From the NCBI GenBank assembly GCA_964608305.1, contig CAZSOA010000001.1, forward strand, positions 9,870 to 73,869: a stretch of 64,000 nt of DNA. Direction: 5' to 3'. Numbering within the stretch: the first letter of the stretch is position 1; each line of letters opens with the position of its first letter. Shown here piece after piece: positions 1-9,306 of the stretch. The notes under the pieces were generated by a model. The model worked only from the letters and a program-made list of their open reading frames with translations, did not search any database and was not told the origin of the DNA. The position numbers and the translations under genes were made by a program. This stretch comes from an uncultured Desulfofustis sp. Lineage in GTDB: Bacteria > Desulfobacterota > Desulfobulbia > Desulfobulbales > Desulfocapsaceae.

Positions 1-871
1 CCTTCTTATCGGTCACCGCCCCGGTAAAGGCGCCTTTGACATGGCCGAACAACTCACTTTCGAGCAAGCTTTCCGGCAGCGCCCCGCAGTTTTCGGCAAC
101 AAACGGTTTGCCTTTCAACGGACCGTTATAATGGATCACTTTGGCGATCAACTCCTTGCCGGTGCCGGTTTCACCTTGGATCAGGACAGACGTAGTGGTG
201 TCCATAACCTTTTCCATGAGGTCGAACATCCGTTTCATCGGTGCGCTCGACCCGATGATTTCATTGAACCGCGAACCGGTCTGCGCCTGTGACAAAAGAA
301 TCCGCCGTTCCCGCTCAAGGGAGGAGAGGTTTTCCCTGAGTTCGCCATAGAGGCGCGCGTTCTCCAGCGCGACGGCGATCGTCCCGGACATGACCTCGAG
401 CAGTTTCTTGTCTCGTTCACAAAACGAGCCTCGTCGTTTGTTAAGCGCGTAAAGCACCCCGAGAAATCCTTTCCTGGTCCGCAGCGGAACACAGATCATC
501 GACCGGGTGGCAAAGTCCTGCAGGGCGTCAAACCCATCGAAGTAGCGTTCGTCACGGGAGACATCGTTAATGAAGACTGCCTGATCATGCTCTCTGACCC
601 AGCCGGCGATACCCCTGTCATCAGGGAAGCGAAACTTCGAGCGGTCCGGCCCGTCTTCACCATAACCGCCTTCAATCATGCGGATAAAATAGAATTCCCG
701 CTCGGCGGGGTCGTGTAAGGCAATGGAAGCTCCTTCAATACCAAAAATTGTCTGAATCTTGTGCAAGATGGTCACCAACATCTCATCCATATCAAGAATC
801 GTATGGAACGACGCGACAACCTCGCAGAACAAGGAGAATTCGTTCTCGGATAAATACCGTTCTTCCGCCAT
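1..871 (-). CDS. Sigma-54-dependent transcriptional activator, N-terminal GAF domain plus start of the AAA+ domain. Partial: it runs off the left edge and is therefore missing from the ORF track.
   Basis: Hand translation of the minus strand from ATG 871..869 gives [15 protein letters not shown]...[16 protein letters not shown] (GAF-like). It continues ...[41 protein letters not shown]...[15 protein letters not shown], which contains the Walker A and GAFTGA signature of bacterial enhancer-binding proteins. An in-frame stop lies upstream at 890..892. Confidence 0.9.
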   Translation of the reverse strand, partial: MAEERYLSENEFSLFCEVVASFHTILDMDEMLVTILHKIQTIFGIEGASIALHDPAEREFYFIRMIEGGYGEDGPDRSKFRFPDDRGIAGWVREHDQAVFINDVSRDERYFDGFDALQDFATRSMICVPLRTRKGFLGVLYALNKRRGSFCERDKKLLEVMSGTIAVALENARLYGELRENLSSLERERRILLSQAQTGSRFNEIIGSSAPMKRMFDLMEKVMDTTTSVLIQGETGTGKELIAKVIHYNGPLKGKPFVAENCGALPESLLESELFGHVKGAFTGAVTDKK

Positions 872-1101
872 GTCCGTTGCTTTCATTCGTTCATTTTGTG
901 GTGCAGATACCACGCGGGAAGGAAGCTTTCAGTGTACAGCTATTGTACGTTATCGGCAGAAACATGTCCAACCGATGGACAGCTTTTTTCGTGCCCAACC
1001 ACGCTCACGCCGCCGCTGCTGAGCTCACCTGCAAAGGTATTGCCTGACAAATCAACGGGAAAGAAGAGTGCAGCGTTTTATTTCTGCGCCTCATAGTAGT
1101 C

Positions 1102-1118
1102 TGGCACCCTTTCTGCTT
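1102..1118 (+). promoter_or_regulatory. Sigma-54 (-24/-12) promoter candidate
   Basis: TGGCACCCTTTCTGCTT. GG sits at 1103-1104 and GC at 1115-1116, which is the canonical TGGCAC-N5-TTGC spacing. It is divergent from the sigma-54 activator and lies about 125 nt upstream of the ATG at 1244. Confidence 0.6.
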
Positions 1119-1243
1119 ATTCTCTGACAAGAGCGATGCACCATGAGAAAGTCAGGTGGCCAACGGTTGGTCAAGGGAATCAACCCGGTTTCCAAGAATC
1201 AGCAGGGCCGAATATCGACAACACACGAAAGGGAGATTTGAAC

Positions 1244-1438
1244 ATGTTTGCATTGACCGACTTCATCGTAGCAATGTGGTTCTTCCCGGTAACCCTGTTT
1301 ATCATCGTGCCATTGCTGATGTTGGTGATTCATGCAGCAGTCGGCCTGCTCACGTCGGCCGGGATAGGTGAGCGATCACCGGCAACTCCGCAGGGCAAGC
1401 TTAACGAACAGGCTCCGGCATTGGGGGTCCGGGCCTGA
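1244..1438 (+). CDS. Small (64 aa) hydrophobic membrane peptide, hypothetical
   Basis: Internal ATG of track ORF 1136..1438. A GGGAGA Shine-Dalgarno at 1231-1236 lies 7 nt upstream. Sequence MFALTDFIVAMWFFPVTLFIIVPLLMLVIHAAVGLL = one long TM segment. The ATG at 1136 would sit at or before the predicted sigma-54 transcription start and has no SD. Confidence 0.45.
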   Translation: MFALTDFIVAMWFFPVTLFIIVPLLMLVIHAAVGLLTSAGIGERSPATPQGKLNEQAPALGVRA

Positions 1439-1459
1439 ACACCTCTCCAGAACGGCGTT

Positions 1460-1497
1460 GGCACGGGAATACCGGATTCGCCCCGCGTTCCCGTGCC
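1460..1497. terminator. 10-bp GC-rich hairpin between convergent genes (possible bidirectional terminator)
   Basis: GGCACGGGAA (1460-1469) pairs with TTCCCGTGCC (1488-1497) across an 18-nt loop. There is no clear U-tract on either strand. Confidence 0.35.
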
Positions 1498-1605
1498 GGA
1501 CAGCATCCCCGCCGGTTGCTCCTCCGTACGTTCTTGCCGCCCTGCCTCGTGGCTATTTAGGGCATGTAGTGCCGGGCATCCCCATACGTTGTCGGCAGCA
1601 GCCGC

Positions 1606-2466
1606 TCAGAACAAACCGTTCCTATCCACCCTGATGAACTCGTTCTTCAATGATTCCCGCAAAACAGAAAACGGCACGAGCACCTCCTGGCTGCCGGCCG
1701 CATAGGGGGCAACCTGGTATTCGTCAAACGTGATCAGGAGGCCGTCTTCGGCTAGGTTCCAGCTACGATAGTTCTCCGGGCGCGGGTCGGCCCCGCCGGT
1801 AAAGCCTATCGCAAAACCGATATCACGAGTCGACAGTTCGGTTGTGCAATAATCGGCAATTATCTCCAGATAATCTGTCTCCGGGCGAAACAGCATGCCC
1901 AGATCAAGTTCCTGGCCGGTTTTAAGCGAGAAATTCAACGTCCGGGTAATGTGGTAGGGATGAGCCGCACCGGCATGGTATCCTTCTGCACTGAAACGTA
2001 TGCTGATGATATCACCCGGGGATGTAAACTGCCGGAACGTGACATCAAAAAAACTACGGGCAACAAGATCTGAGCCGACCAGGTCGTTGAACCCGGACCG
2101 GAAATCAGCGACCAGTCCGTGCACAATACCGGCCGCGCGCTGATTGAATACGGCAACACGCGGGTCGCTTGAACCTTTTAGAACCGGAGTGCTCGTTTCC
2201 AGGATAAAGGCCGGTTCATGACCGCTTTCCCGGGTGATCGCCGCCGTGAGCGTCACCGCTGAAAACTGCGACACAGCAGCATTCGGGGATTCTTCAGGCA
2301 GGGCAGTCGCTGCAGCATGCGGGTACGGCTGCAGGGCGGAGAGGCCGAACACCATGAGAAAAGCAGCCAGTGTTCCGGCCGACTGCCCCAACAGCAAACA
2401 AGCACGTTTTCCTTTGCAAATCATGGCATGGTGATGAGCAAGATACTGGTTGATAACCAACGACAA
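1606..2466 (-). CDS. Secreted DUF3298/DUF4163-like (RsiV/PdaC-type) protein. Start uncertain: TTG 2466 or ATG 2424.
   Basis: N-terminal hydrophobic signal-like segment (ACLLLGQSAGTLAAFLMVFGLSAL). The C-terminal ...LLITFDEYQVAPYAAGSQEVLVPF resembles the DUF3298 signature as I remember it. Confidence 0.5.
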   Translation of the reverse strand: MSLVINQYLAHHHAMICKGKRACLLLGQSAGTLAAFLMVFGLSALQPYPHAAATALPEESPNAAVSQFSAVTLTAAITRESGHEPAFILETSTPVLKGSSDPRVAVFNQRAAGIVHGLVADFRSGFNDLVGSDLVARSFFDVTFRQFTSPGDIISIRFSAEGYHAGAAHPYHITRTLNFSLKTGQELDLGMLFRPETDYLEIIADYCTTELSTRDIGFAIGFTGGADPRPENYRSWNLAEDGLLITFDEYQVAPYAAGSQEVLVPFSVLRESLKNEFIRVDRNGLF

Positions 2467-2508
2467 TGCCGACTGCTTTGCCGCCTTTCTACGGCGAGGT
2501 ATATTCCA

Positions 2509-3159
2509 TCATTGACCGGCATTGACCGCAAGAACGTGCAACGCTGCAAGCAGATCAACGAGCCCGCTGTAGGTGCTGTCGTACAGCGTCAATTCGGAGA
2601 CCGACCGCAACCGGGTGGTCCCGACCGGATAACGGGGAAGAAACGAAAGGCGTATCCCGAATTGTTCACCGAGAACACTCCTGCTCACAAACGGCTGCAT
2701 AGTAGCGACGCTGGGCCAGGGAATCTGGTAGACCAACGTCTCTTCCGCCTCGATGACCACCGGCTCACCGTTGACCCAGATCCGTTGTTCAAAAACTTCA
2801 GTCCTGCCAAATGTAAACCCCCATTCATCGGGCAGAAAACTGCGGTAATCGGCCGGATAGCCGCTGCGCGCCTGACGCAGCACGAGCAGCAACGCTTCAT
2901 CGCGGCTCAGGCGATTGGCATAATGACTTTGTCCGGCGATATCTGGTGGGAAATAGGTCCGCCCCGCACACCCGGCGAACAAGCAGACGAGCAGCGGAAT
3001 CAGCGCGAATCGCAGATAACGCAGCCGACACAGTACGGCGATGTTTGCAGGTTTATCCGGGTGTACCAGTCGCCTGCAAGGCCGGTAGTCGATCCACCTG
3101 CAGCCTGCTGGAGCCGGACTATGCCCGCCGTTCGAGCGCAAGGCGCAACCCCAAGGCAA
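2509..3159 (-). CDS. Lipoprotein, hypothetical. The true start is probably well downstream of 3159.
   Basis: Lipobox LLVCLFAGC appears about 50 aa into the track ORF. The first ~40 nt of the ORF overlap the end of the LysE gene. There is no ATG or GTG just upstream of the signal peptide, so the start is unresolved. Confidence 0.5.
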   Translation of the reverse strand: MPWGCALRSNGGHSPAPAGCRWIDYRPCRRLVHPDKPANIAVLCRLRYLRFALIPLLVCLFAGCAGRTYFPPDIAGQSHYANRLSRDEALLLVLRQARSGYPADYRSFLPDEWGFTFGRTEVFEQRIWVNGEPVVIEAEETLVYQIPWPSVATMQPFVSRSVLGEQFGIRLSFLPRYPVGTTRLRSVSELTLYDSTYSGLVDLLAALHVLAVNAGQ

Positions 3160-3748
3160 CGAGCATCACGCCGCTGCAACGATAAAGCCAACGAACGACG
3201 GCGGGCCGGGAACGCAGCCAGCCGGAAAGTACGCCTGCCGTGAAGCCGATCGGCCCCTTGATCAAAAAGGTCAGTCCGGCGAATGTCAGGCCGAGCAGCA
3301 AGAGCGACATCGTCGGATGAGCTGCACCGGCGCTGACAAACTGCGGTAGAAAAGCAAAATAGAAAAGGGCGATCTTCGGGTTGGCGATGTTGGAGAATGC
3401 ACCATCAAAAAACAAGCGCTTCAGCGGTCGGACGCACCCGTTGTGCAGGACGAGTTGAGACGTCCTGCTGCGAAGCATGGTTATACCGAGATAGATAAGA
3501 TAACCGGCCCCGATCAACTTCAACGCAAAGAACAGCCAGACCGAGGTCCGCAAAACAGCCCCGAGACCAAGGGTAGCAAGCAGGGTATGACCAACCAGAC
3601 CAACACTCACACCGGCCGCTGTAACAACACCGGCGGCTGATCCCTGGGTGACCGAGCGGGACATGACGAGGATCAGGTCCTGACCCGGGGTAAGGATAAG
3701 AAGCAACGACGCCGCCAGAAAGACCAGCCAGGATACTTCGATCACCAT
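3119..3748 (-). CDS. LysE/RhtB-family amino-acid exporter
   Basis: 209 aa with multiple TM segments. N-terminus ...LLILTPGQDLILVMSRS and NPKIALFYFAFLPQF are typical of the LysE/RhtB family. Confidence 0.9.
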   Translation of the reverse strand: MVIEVSWLVFLAASLLLILTPGQDLILVMSRSVTQGSAAGVVTAAGVSVGLVGHTLLATLGLGAVLRTSVWLFFALKLIGAGYLIYLGITMLRSRTSQLVLHNGCVRPLKRLFFDGAFSNIANPKIALFYFAFLPQFVSAGAAHPTMSLLLLGLTFAGLTFLIKGPIGFTAGVLSGWLRSRPAVVRWLYRCSGVMLVALGLRLALERRA

Positions 3749-3961
3749 TACCGTTCCGCCCCCATTATCATTCGCCCCTCTTCCCCGGCTTATTCCGCTC
3801 CCATCCAGCCAATCGGCGGTCCTTTATCATTATCCGGATGATCGTCCCGATCCAGCAGAATCATTCATGACCAAAACTGCATACCACATCGCATGCAATC
3901 ATGCCAACATCAGAAAAGAACGAAGAGTGCCGGACGGTTATCAGTCCATCCGAGGTCGATT

Positions 3962-4585
3962 TTAAAACGGCTTATGGTATTCCAGACCCTCTCTACGATA
4001 ACCGGCTGCAAACTCGGGGAGGGCTGCCACCGCATTAATCATTCGCCGGACGTTCTCACCAAGGACGATTCCCGAATCCGGAAAATTTTTCCCCCAACTT
4101 GCATATACCGCCGCCAGATAGTCGACGATGGTCGGCTCATCACCGGTAATAAATCGTTTCGTTTCCAGCTCCTTGTCGACAATCGCCCACAAACTTGACA
4201 CCTGTCCGGCCAATTGTTTGAGCACCCGTGCCCGTTCGCCCTCGTCCATCTCTACCCGGAAACGAATGGCAAGCATCCGCCCATAGGACGGGTGCAGAGT
4301 GGCATAATCAAACATCAGCCAACGCAAGAACTCCGCTTTGCGCCCGAGTTCGGCCGGCAACATCGGCGATTCGTGTTTTTCCAGCAGATACAAAACGATA
4401 GCTGCACCTTCGGTAACAATCTGCCCTTCCGGCGTCTGCAATGCCGGCACCTGGTTGGTCGGCACCAGTTCGGAGTAATTCGGGACATCCTCACGTTTGA
4501 CAGGCGAGTATGATAATTGCAGTTTTTCCATGAGCACGGTTATGCCCGAGGAACATGAACCGGGAATAGTATAGAGAGTGTACAT
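3962..4585 (-). CDS. Glutathione S-transferase family protein
   Basis: 207 aa. Thioredoxin-like N-domain with VPALQTPEGQIVTEGAAIVLYL (the GST G-site pattern) and a helical C-domain. Confidence 0.9.
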   Translation of the reverse strand: MYTLYTIPGSCSSGITVLMEKLQLSYSPVKREDVPNYSELVPTNQVPALQTPEGQIVTEGAAIVLYLLEKHESPMLPAELGRKAEFLRWLMFDYATLHPSYGRMLAIRFRVEMDEGERARVLKQLAGQVSSLWAIVDKELETKRFITGDEPTIVDYLAAVYASWGKNFPDSGIVLGENVRRMINAVAALPEFAAGYRREGLEYHKPF

Positions 4586-4860
4586 CGCATATCCTCCTGA
4601 AAAAGAATCGCATTGCCGGCCGGCGGCTCAGGCGAAGTGGTATGTACCGGAGCAAGTGCTGCAAACCGCGTTCCGGCCAGATAAATACAGTAACTATTCC
4701 CGCCGGATAGACAACCCACCCGGCCAATTGCCCCGTGGCGCCGACGGATAAAGACCCCGGCCCCCAAAATAGGCTTGGCGCAAGAACAGATTGCTGAGAT
4801 CCTGCAGACAAAAAAATCGATGAGGCCACACCAAGTCCGCCTTCTCCCCAAAAAAGAAAA

Positions 4861-4935
4861 AGGACTAACAGCTTGAAATAACTGTTAGTCCTTGTCTTCG
4901 ATCGTGGTCGGAGCGGCAGGGTTCAAACCTTCGAC
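4861..4935 (-). repeat. Degenerate copy of the tRNA-Pro 3' end (31 nt) plus its terminator hairpin; direct repeat of 9263..9337 (att-like islet boundary)
   Basis: Hand alignment of 4861-4935 against 9263-9337 gives 75 nt with 9 mismatches. The T-arm is disrupted in this copy (ggttcaaacctt versus gattcgaacctg). Confidence 0.8.
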
Positions 4936-5123
4936 AAACATTTATTTATCTGAAATGAAACAGTATTATTTTTTGCATGTTAGACATTTATTAAACGTCC
5001 CCCTTGATCAAACCACAATGGAGTAATTTCGGCTCATCCGGATTAAACGTACTTTTTAAATAAAAATGTGGACATACCGTTCCTTTTTTAGAGACGCGAC
5101 TCCACTAAGAAAGGAGACTGCAT

Positions 5124-5342
5124 ATGTCCACGAGCATATTGTATCATGGTTTCGGCATTGTCGGCTACCGTTACAAAGCACCTCGCATCAAGAGGGTGAC
5201 ATGGTCTTCACAATCGGACGGACCGCTTTTTATGCTCCTGAATCCACATGTTGATCAGCTGACCACGCTGAGAAAGGAAACCGGTCTGAGCAAATCCCTT
5301 CGAGGATCTGTTCTCACCGGTTTCCATTCAATCAGCACTTAG
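5124..5342 (+). pseudogene. Decayed N-terminal fragment of an ISL3-family transposase (frameshifted and truncated)
   Basis: MSTSILYHGFGIVGYRYK in frame 1 continues as STSHQEGDMVFTIGRT in the frame of ORF 5066..5254, which implies a 1-nt slip at an A-run. The pattern matches my memory of ISL3 (zf-ISL3) N-termini (MSTSxLYHAFGxxGxxY...xIF). No DDE domain follows. Confidence 0.5.
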
Positions 5343-5344
5343 TG

Positions 5345-5728
5345 TCAAGCTGCTTTGCGAAAGGAGGGCTCAGGCTTGTTGGTCGGAGTAGTGGGCTTGA
5401 AATCGCCGATGATCACCACGCCGCTATTTTTCTCTGCGGCATACGCTGTAAGGCGATCTTTTACCTTCATGACCTTGAAAAAAACAACGGTTGCGGCCGC
5501 CATGACAGCAACTCCGACGAGATCAATCACGGAAACGGGGTTCACAAACAGCCCTACAGAACCGAACGCGAAGAGACCGGTCAACAGCAGGCTCAAGAAA
5601 GTCTCTATGGACGGATGCCGTTTCAAAAAGGTTTGTTTTGGATTTCGATACTGCAACAAGGAGAGAAAGAGCAAAATTACGGCCCCGCAAAGCACAGCGA
5701 AACTCAAGAGAAACATAGCACCCTCCAT
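5345..5728 (-). CDS. Hypothetical 3-TM membrane protein (likely start ATG 5716)
   Basis: Hydrophobic segments FLLSFAVLCGAVILLFLSLL, FLSLLLTGLFAFGSVGLFV and LVGVAVMAAATVVFF. The GGAGGG SD overlaps the first ATG, which favours the second ATG. No family recognised. Confidence 0.55.
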   Translation of the reverse strand: MEGAMFLLSFAVLCGAVILLFLSLLQYRNPKQTFLKRHPSIETFLSLLLTGLFAFGSVGLFVNPVSVIDLVGVAVMAAATVVFFKVMKVKDRLTAYAAEKNSGVVIIGDFKPTTPTNKPEPSFRKAA

Positions 5729-6357
5729 TTCTTGTGAGCGGACTACCCGCTCGTAGACCGAAAGGGTCGGCTCACCCAGCTATGGGGGTGGTTAAGGCTT
5801 GAGCCGCGCCATACTTCCCATGGCACTTTACTGAACAATATATACCACATGAGGCAGTTTACGGCAATGAGAATAATTCTCTTTCGGATCAACAACTTCT
5901 TCTAATTATAATAAAAATGTGAATAGCTGTGGCAATGGAACGAACTGGTAAGTCCAAAAGCAGAGAACCTGTTTAAACTTCCCTTGATGGTCTTTTTAGG
6001 ATGACAATCTGACCTGGAGCCTTGAACCTGATGGGTGATCCCATTTATTGCTTTCTTCTGGTAATTATTGCTCTATCGTGATACAAATTGAATTTCATAA
6101 CGATTGTCTTCAAAAAATCTCCTGAGAGTATGGGAGATATTCTCAAAGCATTTAGTGTCGATTCATTTCCTCATTTGCTAATCCGCCGTTTTATGCCCAT
6201 GCAATCGGCGAGCAGTTTGCTACCACGAAGGTCGGGTAGGAAAGTGCTGAGCATACTGCAACCAGTGTGGATTGTTTGGGGCGATGCTAGGTCCTAATTA
6301 ATAGAACACCGATGAGAACGCCCCATGCGTCATACATGAACGATATAAAGGAAAACC

Positions 6358-7638
6358 ATGAGAGAACCATTACTCCGGGAACCAAGGAATAAAAATGTCA
6401 TGACGTGCAGGAGCGTGCCAAAGAGATTTCCCTGGAAAACGCTGCTGTACACGGTGTTCATGCCATTAGCACTGATTATCACAACTTCTTTCACAACCTT
6501 CGCTGCAGAGGAGCAACACATAGGAATACATGAAGAGGAGAATGGCCATATTGTGCTGCTCGTGCTCTATGTGTTCCTGGCATTGTTTTTTTCGTTTATC
6601 TGTTCCGTCGCCGAGGCGGTGCTGCTTAGCCTGACACCTTCTTACATCGAAGACCAGAAATCGAAGAACCCCAGACTTGCGGGTCTTTTAAAACGATTAA
6701 AGCAGGACAATGTTGATCGATCTCTAGCGGCAATTTTGACCCTCAACACCTTTGCTCATACTCTCGGGGCGATTGGTGCAGGTGCCCAGGCTTCATTCGT
6801 GTTTGGCAGTGCCTGGTTTGGGGTGTTCTCGGCCGCTATGACTCTGATGATCCTCTTTTTGTCGGAAATCGTCCCGAAAACCTTGGGCGCGATTTATTGG
6901 TCAAAATTCGTCCGCCCAACGGCCTTTTTTGTTAATACCCTGGTTTTGGTTCTTTACCCGATCGTTTGGGTATCAGAACAACTAACACAGTTTATTTCTC
7001 GAGGGAAAAACGTCCATATATTCAGTCGCGACGAGATTATCGCCATGGCATCGCTGGGAGTCCAGACCGGTCAGATTCACATTAAAGAATCAAATGTTAT
7101 TCAGAACCTGCTACGCTTTGAGTCACTCAAGGTTGCCGATATCATGACCCCACGGACCGTTATTTCCGCCCTTCCGGAAGATATGACCCTTACAGCATCA
7201 CTCACACAAGTCTCCCAGACCCCATTTTCGCGAATCCCTCTCTATGACTCACATATAGATGAAATTACCGGATTTGTGTTGAAAAATGATGTGCTGATTT
7301 CAGCTACCCAAAATCGTGGGGAAGAAAAACTGCGGGTATTAAAACGTGATATAATCGCCATTCCCATGTCGATATCACTTACTGCCTTATTGGATCTTTT
7401 TCTCAAAAAAAGACAGCATATCTCACTGGTTGTCAATGAATACGGAGGGACTGCCGGGTTGGTTACTCTCGAGGATCTAATTGAGACGCTAATGGGGATG
7501 GAAATCATGGATGAAACCGACGATGTTGAAGATATGCGTCTCCTGGCCAGGAAACAGTGGATTAACCGCGCCAAGGCCATGGGCATTGAAACTGAAGTCG
7601 TAAATGCAGTATCAGCTGTCGACCAAGGAAAGGCCTGA
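6358..7638 (+). CDS. CNNM/DUF21-CBS family transporter (hemolysin/CorC-type, putative divalent-cation efflux)
   Basis: DUF21 TM domain (LFFSFICSVAEAVLLSL...LAAILTLNTFAHTLGAIGAG...FLSEIVPKTLG) followed by a CBS pair (VADIMTPRT...LVVNEYGGTAGLVTLEDLIE). AAGGA SD before the ATG. Confidence 0.9.
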   Translation: MREPLLREPRNKNVMTCRSVPKRFPWKTLLYTVFMPLALIITTSFTTFAAEEQHIGIHEEENGHIVLLVLYVFLALFFSFICSVAEAVLLSLTPSYIEDQKSKNPRLAGLLKRLKQDNVDRSLAAILTLNTFAHTLGAIGAGAQASFVFGSAWFGVFSAAMTLMILFLSEIVPKTLGAIYWSKFVRPTAFFVNTLVLVLYPIVWVSEQLTQFISRGKNVHIFSRDEIIAMASLGVQTGQIHIKESNVIQNLLRFESLKVADIMTPRTVISALPEDMTLTASLTQVSQTPFSRIPLYDSHIDEITGFVLKNDVLISATQNRGEEKLRVLKRDIIAIPMSISLTALLDLFLKKRQHISLVVNEYGGTAGLVTLEDLIETLMGMEIMDETDDVEDMRLLARKQWINRAKAMGIETEVVNAVSAVDQGKA

Positions 7639-7783
7639 TCAAACGTCGTGAAAATTCTCTATGAACGGCGCTGACTTGATGACTTCTGGCTCAACTCATA
7701 CCGGTCACTGCCGACCCTTCGACCATGCAAGCAGAAGATATTTTTCTTGGACCCACCGGTAAACTGCGAATATCACTCCCAAC

Positions 7784-8668
7784 ATGTTTCGCATCCTCCT
7801 CCCCTTTAGCTTGCTCCTGCTAGTCCTGGTTCTGCTCAACTGCCAGCAGCCACCCTCGTCAACCAGCCTCAAAGAGGTGCTCAAACACGAAATCGCTGCG
7901 GTGAAAAAGGAACTTCCCTCCTACCGTTTAACGGTTGGCGCTCACCGCGGATCGTCGGTTAAGTACCCGGAAAATTCCCTGCCGGCGCTATTGGCGGCAG
8001 AGGCGGATGCCAGCTATGCATTTGTTGAATTTGATGTGCAATATACCGGGGATAAGCAGATTGTTTTGTACCATGATCGTCGACTCTTCCGTCGTTTCGG
8101 GAAGAGTGATGCGCTCGGCAAAACCAGCTATGCCGACCTTCTCCAGCTCACAGGCGGTGAGCTTGTCCTCTATCAGGAGGCAATGGCTGTCTTAGGGAAG
8201 AAAATTAATCTAGAGATCAAATCGCAGGGGAATCTGCAGGACGACCAGCGGCTGGCAGATGCAGTTATTGCAGACCTCAAAAAGCGCGGCAGAGAAAAAG
8301 ACGTCATGGTCAGCTCAATCTCCAGCGAGTTGATCCGCTATGTCAGTACAAGCTATCCAGAGATCGAGACTGGCCAGATTTTCTGGCTAACCTGGTCAAC
8401 CTATCTGCACTTTGAAGCACTGACCGAAGGACTGTTTGACAGGTTCAGGAATACGGATGCCGATTACCTGCTGCTGCACGTAGCCAACCTCTGGAACATT
8501 GAGGATCTACTCAAGCTCAAGCCAACCGGAAAAACGATTATGTTCTGGGATTTCGATGATCGGATGTATATGGTGCATAAAGACCTCGGCGACCGATTAT
8601 GGGGCACCTCGGTTATGTCTGAGATCTGGCGGCGGCTGTGTTTTAACCTGATTGAGATGGTCAGGTGA
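7784..8668 (+). CDS. Glycerophosphodiester phosphodiesterase (GDPD) family lipoprotein
   Basis: Signal peptide with lipobox LLNC. GDPD motifs VGAHRGSSVKYPENSLPAL ... VEFDVQYTGDKQIVLYHD. Confidence 0.85.
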   Translation: MFRILLPFSLLLLVLVLLNCQQPPSSTSLKEVLKHEIAAVKKELPSYRLTVGAHRGSSVKYPENSLPALLAAEADASYAFVEFDVQYTGDKQIVLYHDRRLFRRFGKSDALGKTSYADLLQLTGGELVLYQEAMAVLGKKINLEIKSQGNLQDDQRLADAVIADLKKRGREKDVMVSSISSELIRYVSTSYPEIETGQIFWLTWSTYLHFEALTEGLFDRFRNTDADYLLLHVANLWNIEDLLKLKPTGKTIMFWDFDDRMYMVHKDLGDRLWGTSVMSEIWRRLCFNLIEMVR

Positions 8669-8706
8669 TAGCCGGTAACCGCATTCAGCAAGCCACCCGC
8701 ACCGGG

Positions 8707-8940
8707 CTAAACACAGTTTGCAGGTAAATGGTTAGCAACACTGCCGATGAAGAGATGCCTGAGGTTGCTCAGACCGCGGTAACCCATGATAATCATTTTG
8801 CAGTCCTCAGCTTTTTCCACTTCACTGATTGTCTTGCCGGTCGATTCCTCAATCAGCCGCTCTTCGACGCTAATACCGGCATCCCGAAGTCGCTGCAAAA
8901 GGGCTCAAGCAGTTTCTTGTCCCGTACCCTGGTCCTTTTA
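8707..8940 (-). pseudogene. Universal stress protein (UspA) C-terminal remnant
   Basis: ...DCKMIIMGYRGLSNLRHLFIGSVANHL matches a Usp C-terminal ATP-binding region. The N-terminal half is absent, and an in-frame stop lies just upstream of the TTG start used by the ORF track. Confidence 0.55.
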
Positions 8941-8947
8941 ATATTTA

Positions 8948-8977
8948 TTGAATATAAAGGCCGCCTTGAATATAAAG
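8948..8977. repeat. 12-bp direct repeat TTGAATATAAAG x2 separated by GCCGCC
   Basis: Read directly: 8948-8959 and 8966-8977 are identical. Confidence 0.9.
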
Positions 8978-8992
8978 TCAAAATACAAGACT

Positions 8993-9026
8993 TGACCCCC
9001 TATGTTGCGTGACCCCCTATGTTGCG
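8993..9026. repeat. Perfect 17-bp tandem duplication TGACCCCCTATGTTGCG x2
   Basis: Read directly: 8993-9009 equals 9010-9026. It sits at the 5' edge of the XRE remnant. Confidence 0.95.
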
Positions 9027-9193
9027 CTCAGGAACAAATTGCCGAAATGCTGCAGACCAAGAAGAGCAATATTTCAAGATTGGAAAATGTCAACTCGGCC
9101 ATTTCCCCGAAACTCTCAACAATCGAGGAATACGCAAAGGCAGCAGGCTACAAGGTTCAAATCAGATTTGTCCCGCAAAATGGGATAGCCTAA
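9002..9193 (+). pseudogene. Truncated XRE-family helix-turn-helix protein (lacks first helix)
   Basis: AQEQIAEMLQTKKSNISRLEN..SPKLSTIEEYAKAAGYKVQIRF corresponds to helices 2-5 of an HTH_3 domain. The ATG is supplied by the first copy of the 17-bp duplication. A TGA at 8993-8995 closes the frame upstream. Confidence 0.5.
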
Positions 9194-9254
9194 CACTATC
9201 GCCACTCCCATTTTGTTAAACGAGTGTTAAACCAAATCAGCCTTCAGGCCACCA

Positions 9255-9294
9255 AACAAGAAAGGACTAGCAGCCTGAAATAACTGTTAGTCCT
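9255..9294 (-). terminator. Rho-independent terminator of tRNA-Pro
   Basis: On the minus strand: AGGACUAACAG-loop-CUGCUAGUCCU (one A.C mismatch) followed by UUCUUGUUUGG. Confidence 0.6.
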
Positions 9295-9306
9295 CATTTT
9301 CGATCG

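Noticed and set aside
5730-5776. Compact nested hairpins (GAGCGG/CCGCTC; GACC-GAAA-GGTC; outer GTGAGC/GCTCAC) that looked ribozyme-like
   Set aside because: No hammerhead (CUGAUGA...GAAA), twister or other core could be matched on either strand. Most simply it is a structured 5' UTR of the 3-TM protein gene.
6088-6297. 69-aa ORF in the AT-rich spacer upstream of the CNNM gene
   Set aside because: Non-ATG start, no SD and no recognisable motif. It lies in islet spacer DNA, so it is possibly another gene wreck, but that is unsupported.
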